DNA of 32,000 bases from assembly GCF_000196555.1 (NCBI RefSeq), contig NC_015067.1:2340001-2372000 (forward strand). The letters are read 5' to 3'. The notes under the pieces are model-generated. The model was given only the letters and a program-made list of their open reading frames with translations. It did not search any database and was not told the DNA's origin. The translations under genes were made by a program, and so were the position numbers. Positions 26,861-32,000 of the stretch are shown piece by piece; the first letter of the stretch is position 1, and the number at the start of each line of letters is the position of its first letter. Source of the DNA: Bifidobacterium longum subsp. longum JCM 1217 (GTDB lineage: Bacteria; Actinomycetota; Actinomycetes; Actinomycetales; Bifidobacteriaceae).

Positions 26861-27807
26861 GTCCGGTAATCTCACATCCACGCTCAGCCGCTGCCCGACA
26901 TCAGTCCGATGAGCTCTCCCCCATCACCATTACGGTGGATTGCCCGGCGAAAACCAATCTCACCTTGGAAGTGGGACCTGCTCACGACGAATGGGGCGGA
27001 CGCCACGAACTGGACACCATCTACTGCGCAATCGGCGTATACGACACCGTCACCGCAACCGCCAAGCAACCCGGAGCAGGATTCTCTCTGGAGCTCGAAG
27101 GCGCTTATTTGGGCGACTTGGCCTCCTCACGCAGCGACATGCGCCGCAACCATGCGGTACTGGCCCTCTTCGCCATGGCCCAGGCGGCCGAGCGCGAGCC
27201 GGATGTGGCGTTGACCATCACCAAGCGCATTCCCGTGGGTGCCGGACTAGGCGGCGGTTCAGCCGACGCCGCGGCGACCATGCTGGCGGTCAATCGTCTC
27301 TGGGAGCTGAACTGGCCCATAGAGCGCCTGCGCACCATTGCTGCCACGTTGGGCGCGGACATGCCGTTCTGCCTGACCGGTGGCCTTGCATACGGCACCG
27401 GTTTCGGCGAACGCATCACGGATATCGCCCCCGGCAGCCGCGATGAGCTGGCGCTGATAGAACAGGGATTCAGCGGCGAAGTATTGGTCGGCGCATACCA
27501 GTCGCAACTCAGCACTCCTGAGGTCTACCACACCTTTGACATCGTGGGAGCCGCAGAAGGCGACCGCAATCATCTGCAGGCTGCGGCAATCAGCCTGCAT
27601 CCCCGCAGCGGGCAGGCCATCGACGCCGCCACGCAGGCGGGTGCCAGCCATGCATTCGTCTCCGGATCCGGCCCCTCAGTGGTCGCTTTCGCCGCCGACG
27701 AGGCAGCGGCACAACGCATTATCGAGGTGTGGCGCGATACAGCTGTGGTCGATCGTATTATTCGAGCCAAATCTCCCGAACACCCCAATATCAGCGTCAG
27801 ACAGTGA
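26857..27807 (+). CDS. ispE: 4-diphosphocytidyl-2-C-methyl-D-erythritol kinase
   Basis: 316 aa with PAKTNLTLEVGP and the GHMP kinase motif KRIPVGAGLGGGSADAAA. Its ATGA overlaps the rsmA stop. The rsmA-ispE pairing is conserved in Actinobacteria. Confidence 0.92.
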   Translation: MSPVISHPRSAAARHQSDELSPITITVDCPAKTNLTLEVGPAHDEWGGRHELDTIYCAIGVYDTVTATAKQPGAGFSLELEGAYLGDLASSRSDMRRNHAVLALFAMAQAAEREPDVALTITKRIPVGAGLGGGSADAAATMLAVNRLWELNWPIERLRTIAATLGADMPFCLTGGLAYGTGFGERITDIAPGSRDELALIEQGFSGEVLVGAYQSQLSTPEVYHTFDIVGAAEGDRNHLQAAAISLHPRSGQAIDAATQAGASHAFVSGSGPSVVAFAADEAAAQRIIEVWRDTAVVDRIIRAKSPEHPNISVRQ

Positions 27808-27853
27808 CGCTAAGGTAGCAACCAGCCACCCGACCCATGAAAGAAGTCCACCG

Positions 27854-28483
27854 ATGACGTATCAGGTTGATGAACGTGAAGCCCGCAAGGCGTACGTGCG
27901 CCGCCGCCAGACCATCGTCTTTTCCATCAGCGGCGCGGTATTGGCAGTAGTGCTGGTCATAGCCCTACTGTTCAATTTCCACGTTTTCGGCCTCGGCGAA
28001 GTGGAGACTCCGGCCAGCCAGCCGAATTACGGCAACGCGGCGCCGTGCGCGGTCAAGGACAGCAGCGGCAAAGCGCAATACGTGTCCAACGCTTCGGTCG
28101 GCATTCGCGTGATGAACGGCACCTCTCACGGCCAATTCGCCAAGGCCGTGGGTGAAGCTTTGGCCAATCGTGGATTCAGCGTGCAGAAAATCGATAACTA
28201 TTCCAGCACCGACGTTGAACGCACCACCATCTACTTCGGCAAGAACGCCATTAATCAGGCGTATACGCTGATCGGCAATTTCACCGACGCCACCATGATC
28301 ATGACGGCTCGCGAGGATCAGCTCATCGATGTGGTCATCGGCGCCACGTTCAACGATCTGCAGGACACCAACTCCTCCCCGCAATCCGGTAAGACCATCA
28401 CCAATATCGAGGGTTGCAAGGCCGCCGATAGCATGACCAAGCTGCCCGCCGACACCAAACACGACGCATACACGGCGCAGTAA
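27854..28483 (+). CDS. LytR_C domain membrane protein
   Basis: The product starts MTYQVDEREARKAYVRRRQTIVFSISGAVLAVVLVIALLF (N-terminal TM). It continues VGIRVMNGTSHGQFAKAVGEALANRGFSV...TTIYFG...IDVVIGATF, typical of LytR_C. The track start at 27536 lies inside ispE and is rejected. Confidence 0.8.
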   Translation: MTYQVDEREARKAYVRRRQTIVFSISGAVLAVVLVIALLFNFHVFGLGEVETPASQPNYGNAAPCAVKDSSGKAQYVSNASVGIRVMNGTSHGQFAKAVGEALANRGFSVQKIDNYSSTDVERTTIYFGKNAINQAYTLIGNFTDATMIMTAREDQLIDVVIGATFNDLQDTNSSPQSGKTITNIEGCKAADSMTKLPADTKHDAYTAQ

Positions 28484-28507
28484 GGCGCATACAGCTTCAT
28501 CTTCGCG

Positions 28508-28547
28508 AAAAACCGTACGCTGACACGTATTCAGCGTACGGTTTTTT
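28508..28547. terminator. Bidirectional rho-independent terminator between convergent genes
   Basis: AAAAA-ccgtacgctga (28513-28523), loop cacgtat, tcagcgtacgg (28531-28541), then TTTTTT. The stem is a perfect 11 bp. Confidence 0.85.
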
Positions 28548-28567
28548 GGTATCGGACTAGTATCGGA

Positions 28568-29983
28568 CTACTGAATCTCGGCGTACCAGCGCTTGAGTTC
28601 TTCGACGGCCACATCGTGGTCCACCGGACCGTTATCCAAGCGGTATTCCAGCATGTGCTTGTAGGCGCGGCCGATCATCGGGCCGGGCTCCAGGCCCAGC
28701 AACTCCATAATTTCGTTGCCGTCCAGATCCGGGCGGATCGCGTCGAAGTCCTCTTTCTTCTTGAGTTCGCGGACGCGCTCCTCCATCTCATCCATGGCCT
28801 GGGAGAAGATCATCGCCTTGCGTTTGTTTTGTGTGGTGGCATCCGCACGCGTGAGCCTGTTCAGCCGCTCATAGAGGTGCCCGGCATCCTTGACATACCG
28901 GCGTACGGCCGAATCGGTCCACGGCTCGTCCACATAGCCGTGGAAGCGCAGGTGCATATTCACCAGTTCCGAGACGTCCTCGACCAGATGGTGGTCAAAA
29001 CGCAGCGCCTTCAAACGCTTGCGGGTCATTTTGGCACCCACCGCGTCATGGTGGTGGAAGCTCACCTTGCCGCCCGACTCGAACCGGCGGGTCTTCGGCT
29101 TGCCGATATCGTGCATCACGGCGGCCAAGCGCAGCGTCAGGTCGGGGGCGGGCACCGGGCCGTCCGGGCCGGTTTCCAGGGCGATAGCACGTTCGAGCAC
29201 AATCATCGTGTGCTCGAAGACGTCCTTGTGGCGGTGGTGTTCGTCGATCTGCAATTGCAGGGCCGGAATTTCCGGGAAGACGATGTCCGCAAGACCGGAT
29301 TCGACCAACGCCTCAAGGCCGGCGCGCGGACGGTCGGAGAGCAGCAGTTTGGTCAGTTCGTCGCGCACACGCTCGGCGGATACGATGTCGATGCGGTCGC
29401 GCATCGAGGTAATCGCCTCGGCCGCGTCCGGCGCGATACGGAAGCCCAGCTGGGCCACGAATCGCACGGCGCGCATCATACGCAACGGATCGTCGTCAAA
29501 GGACTGTCGCGGATCCACCGGCGTGCGCAACACGCCCTTGGACAGATCACTGGCACCACCGAACGGGTCCACGAATTGCAGGTCGGGCACGCGCAGAGCC
29601 ATCGCGTTGACGGTGAAGTCGCGGCGGGACAGGTCGCCCTCAAGCGTGTCGCCATAATTGACCTCGGGCTTACGCGAGTCCGGATCGTACGTGTCAGAGC
29701 GATAGGTGGTGACCTCCACCTTGACCTCGGTGCCGTCCGGGCGGCGGCGCATGGCACCCAGCGTGCCGAACTTGCGCCCCATGTCCCAGAAGCCGTCATG
29801 CCCCCACCGGCGCAGTATCGGCTCGAACTGCTCAGGCCGTGCGGATGAGCAGAAGTCCAAATCGTGGCTCTTTCTATGGAGCAGCAAATCCCTGACCGGG
29901 CCGCCGACCAATGCCAGCTCGTAACCCTGTTCGGCGAACAGTCGACCAAGTTCGATGGCTTCAGGCCATACTTCGAAATCCAA
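28568..29983 (-). CDS. cca: CCA-adding tRNA nucleotidyltransferase / poly(A) polymerase family protein with HD domain
   Basis: 471 aa with LVGGPVRDLLL, DLDF, RRDFTVNA and an HD region (MHDIGK). The TTG start is preceded by GGAAGGTG. Confidence 0.9.
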   Translation of the reverse strand: MDFEVWPEAIELGRLFAEQGYELALVGGPVRDLLLHRKSHDLDFCSSARPEQFEPILRRWGHDGFWDMGRKFGTLGAMRRRPDGTEVKVEVTTYRSDTYDPDSRKPEVNYGDTLEGDLSRRDFTVNAMALRVPDLQFVDPFGGASDLSKGVLRTPVDPRQSFDDDPLRMMRAVRFVAQLGFRIAPDAAEAITSMRDRIDIVSAERVRDELTKLLLSDRPRAGLEALVESGLADIVFPEIPALQLQIDEHHRHKDVFEHTMIVLERAIALETGPDGPVPAPDLTLRLAAVMHDIGKPKTRRFESGGKVSFHHHDAVGAKMTRKRLKALRFDHHLVEDVSELVNMHLRFHGYVDEPWTDSAVRRYVKDAGHLYERLNRLTRADATTQNKRKAMIFSQAMDEMEERVRELKKKEDFDAIRPDLDGNEIMELLGLEPGPMIGRAYKHMLEYRLDNGPVDHDVAVEELKRWYAEIQ

Positions 29984-30069
29984 TGGGCACCTTCCCGCGT
30001 GCGACGTTTTTCTGCCCTACCAGCATACCGTTACCCCACCTGCACACGGGGTTGAGTAAGGTGGAGAAT

Positions 30070-31362
30070 ATGATTACGCCCGCCGACCTTGCCCGCATGC
30101 TGGGGCAAACACCAGATTCGGCGGATAGCCATACCCAAGACCACCTGCTGTATACGTCCGAAACTCCGCATCATTCCGCCGATTCGGGCGATTCTTCCGA
30201 TGTCGGCGGCACCGCGAGCCACTCCACCAATCAGGCCGTTCATCAAGACGAAGTAGACGCAGTACCGACTGCGCAACATTCCGGTGTGCCTGGCACACCC
30301 GCAACGCCCGCCACACCCGAACCATCCGAATCCGAAATATCGGACGCCACCAGCGACATGCCCGCACCGAAGCCGATGATGCCCACACCGGCCACCGTCT
30401 TCGGCATGCATGCCACCGTCACCATCGCCACTACCAGCGGCACTATCGAGGGGCAGGCTGATGGTATCGCCGGCGAGGCCGGTGCCGAGACGATTGCCGA
30501 GGTCGAGCCGATTATCGCCACAGCACAAACGTCCGTAACCATCGTCACGAACGATCCCGCGGCGACCGCTCACGCGGCCGTAGATGCTGCCGTTGCGGTC
30601 GCCAAGGCCGCCGCCGCGCACACCACAGCGATACCGACTCCGCGCGACGTGCTGATGCCGCCTGCGGCACGTACCGCACCGGCCGCAACGCCGGTCACCA
30701 TGCCGGTCTCAGCGCCGTCTGCAGCACCAGTGAGGCCCGCAACGTCAGCGCATCCCACGCCGGCCACGGTCTTCGGCCGGCACCCGTCCGGAGATGTTGC
30801 CTCGCCGGAACCGGCAGTGCCGGTAGAACCGGTGACACCATCCGGCCCGACTCCGGCCATGATGCCGCAACGCCGTACGTCGGACGGTCCGACCACATTC
30901 GCTTCACTGGATGCCCAGGAACTGCCGGTCGTACGCGAATATTCGGCAGGCGGTCTGATTTTCGATGACCAGAACCGCGTGGCCATTATCGCCCGTCATT
31001 CCCGCTCCGGCCATCTCGAATGGTGCTTGCCGAAGGGGCATATCGAAAAAGGCGAGACCCCGCAGCAGACCGCTGTGCGCGAAGTGCATGAAGAGACCGG
31101 CATCCTGGGCGAGGTGATCGATTCCATCGCCACCATCGACTACTGGTTCACCGGTACCACGCAGCGCGTGCACAAGCTGGTCCATCACTTCGCGCTCAAA
31201 CAGACCGGCGGTGAACTGACGGTGGAAGGAGACCCGGATCATGAGGCGGAAGACGCCATCTGGGTGCGTTTTGAAGATTTGGATGACGTGTTGAGCTATC
31301 CCAACGAACGCAAAATCGCGTGGCTCTACGCCAGGAAGAAGAACAGGCAGGCAAACGAGTGA
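30070..31362 (+). CDS. NUDIX hydrolase with an about 290-aa Ala/Pro/Thr-rich N-terminal extension
   Basis: The Nudix box is GHIEKGETPQQTAVREVHEETGI. The ATG at 30070 is preceded by AAGGTGGAG. The track start at 29911 overlaps the divergent cca start region and is rejected. Confidence 0.88.
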   Translation: MITPADLARMLGQTPDSADSHTQDHLLYTSETPHHSADSGDSSDVGGTASHSTNQAVHQDEVDAVPTAQHSGVPGTPATPATPEPSESEISDATSDMPAPKPMMPTPATVFGMHATVTIATTSGTIEGQADGIAGEAGAETIAEVEPIIATAQTSVTIVTNDPAATAHAAVDAAVAVAKAAAAHTTAIPTPRDVLMPPAARTAPAATPVTMPVSAPSAAPVRPATSAHPTPATVFGRHPSGDVASPEPAVPVEPVTPSGPTPAMMPQRRTSDGPTTFASLDAQELPVVREYSAGGLIFDDQNRVAIIARHSRSGHLEWCLPKGHIEKGETPQQTAVREVHEETGILGEVIDSIATIDYWFTGTTQRVHKLVHHFALKQTGGELTVEGDPDHEAEDAIWVRFEDLDDVLSYPNERKIAWLYARKKNRQANE

Positions 31363-32000
31363 ACCTACCCGGAGTCTTACGACATTGCACACGTCTGGCA
31401 CACGCACTGGCGGCTGGCGTCGCCGTTGTGGCGATGCTGGCCGCTCCATTGACCGTCTACGCGAACGATACGACGGACACGACTGATTCATCCGATACGA
31501 CGGACGCAACGGGCAATCAGACCGAGAATCAGCCCAAGCAGAGCATTGCCATCACGCAAAGCACCCCCATCGTCACCTCCAAATCGGGCTATCGTGTCAC
31601 CGCGGTCATCAGCAATACGGACAGCACGGCCACGTCAAGCGGCACACTGCACCTGACCACCAATGCGTTGTTCACCTTTGTCTCGCGCACCGATATTCAG
31701 AATTGGGCCGAGAACAACGCCCCCATCCCAACCCCCAACGAGTTGGGTTCCGTTGACGTGCCATCGATTCCCGCCGGCGGCACTGCCACCGTCACCATCG
31801 AGGTGAACGCCAATCAGCAGACCCTTGCCTCCATAGGGAGTTGGGGACCGAAACCGCTGATGCTGTCGTATATCGTTGGCAATCAGATACTCGCCGATTT
31901 GCCGAGTTTTCTGACCCGATCTTCGGATGGGCTCAACACCGCGACAACACCGGCCATGAACCTGACCGTGGCCATGCCCTACACCGCCAGCGGCTGGCAG
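31359..32000 (+). CDS. Secreted hypothetical protein, 5' part. By its position between the NUDIX gene and the expected murJ/mviN it may correspond to the mycobacterial Rv3909-like family.
   Basis: The GTG at 31359 overlaps the NUDIX TGA (GTGA). The frame is open to the window end (214 codons). The N-terminus VNLPGVLRHCTRLAHALAAGVAVVAMLAAPLTVYA|NDTTD looks like a signal peptide. It is absent from the track because it has no stop in the window. The family assignment rests on synteny only. Confidence 0.7.
   Translation, partial: MNLPGVLRHCTRLAHALAAGVAVVAMLAAPLTVYANDTTDTTDSSDTTDATGNQTENQPKQSIAITQSTPIVTSKSGYRVTAVISNTDSTATSSGTLHLTTNALFTFVSRTDIQNWAENNAPIPTPNELGSVDVPSIPAGGTATVTIEVNANQQTLASIGSWGPKPLMLSYIVGNQILADLPSFLTRSSDGLNTATTPAMNLTVAMPYTASGWQ

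Overview
High-GC actinobacterial chromosomal segment. Gene content and order fit Bifidobacterium best, but this is a judgement from memory, not a search. Positions 1-8111 hold one giant minus-strand gene for a secreted GLUG-like repeat surface protein. It runs off the left edge, and its signal-peptide segment is out of frame with the >2,600-codon body at a G8 homopolymer. Next on the minus strand come an orphan MsiK/MalK-type sugar ABC ATPase, a GT2 glycosyltransferase and a class Ib ribonucleotide reductase cluster, nrdH-nrdI-nrdE-nrdF. The cluster has NrdR-box-like palindromes upstream and a dispersed palindromic repeat inserted in two of its intercistronic spacers. About 16.0-20.5 kb looks accessory. 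It contains an overlapping DUF3990-like / DUF3791-like-XRE-HTH gene pair, which is a candidate toxin-antitoxin or conflict module whose promoter is overlapped by palindromes. It also contains a Kv-type K+ channel, a visibly lower-GC3 orphan Orc1/Cdc6-like AAA+ ATPase with a C-terminal wHTH preceded by an AT-rich 27-bp tandem repeat, and a GH3 glycosidase remnant. The right half is core: a Hanks Ser/Thr kinase with a polytopic C-terminus, a DsbA-like oxidoreductase, tRNA-Thr(UGU), a structured RNA ending in a strong intrinsic terminator, an RpfB-like DUF348/G5 muralytic protein, rsmA-ispE, a LytR_C protein, the CCA-adding enzyme, a NUDIX hydrolase with a long disordered N-terminus, and the 5' part of a secreted protein. 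I saw no CRISPR array, transposase or rRNA. Many long ORFs in the supplied track are antisense shadows of real genes. The track also omits ORFs that run off the window edges.
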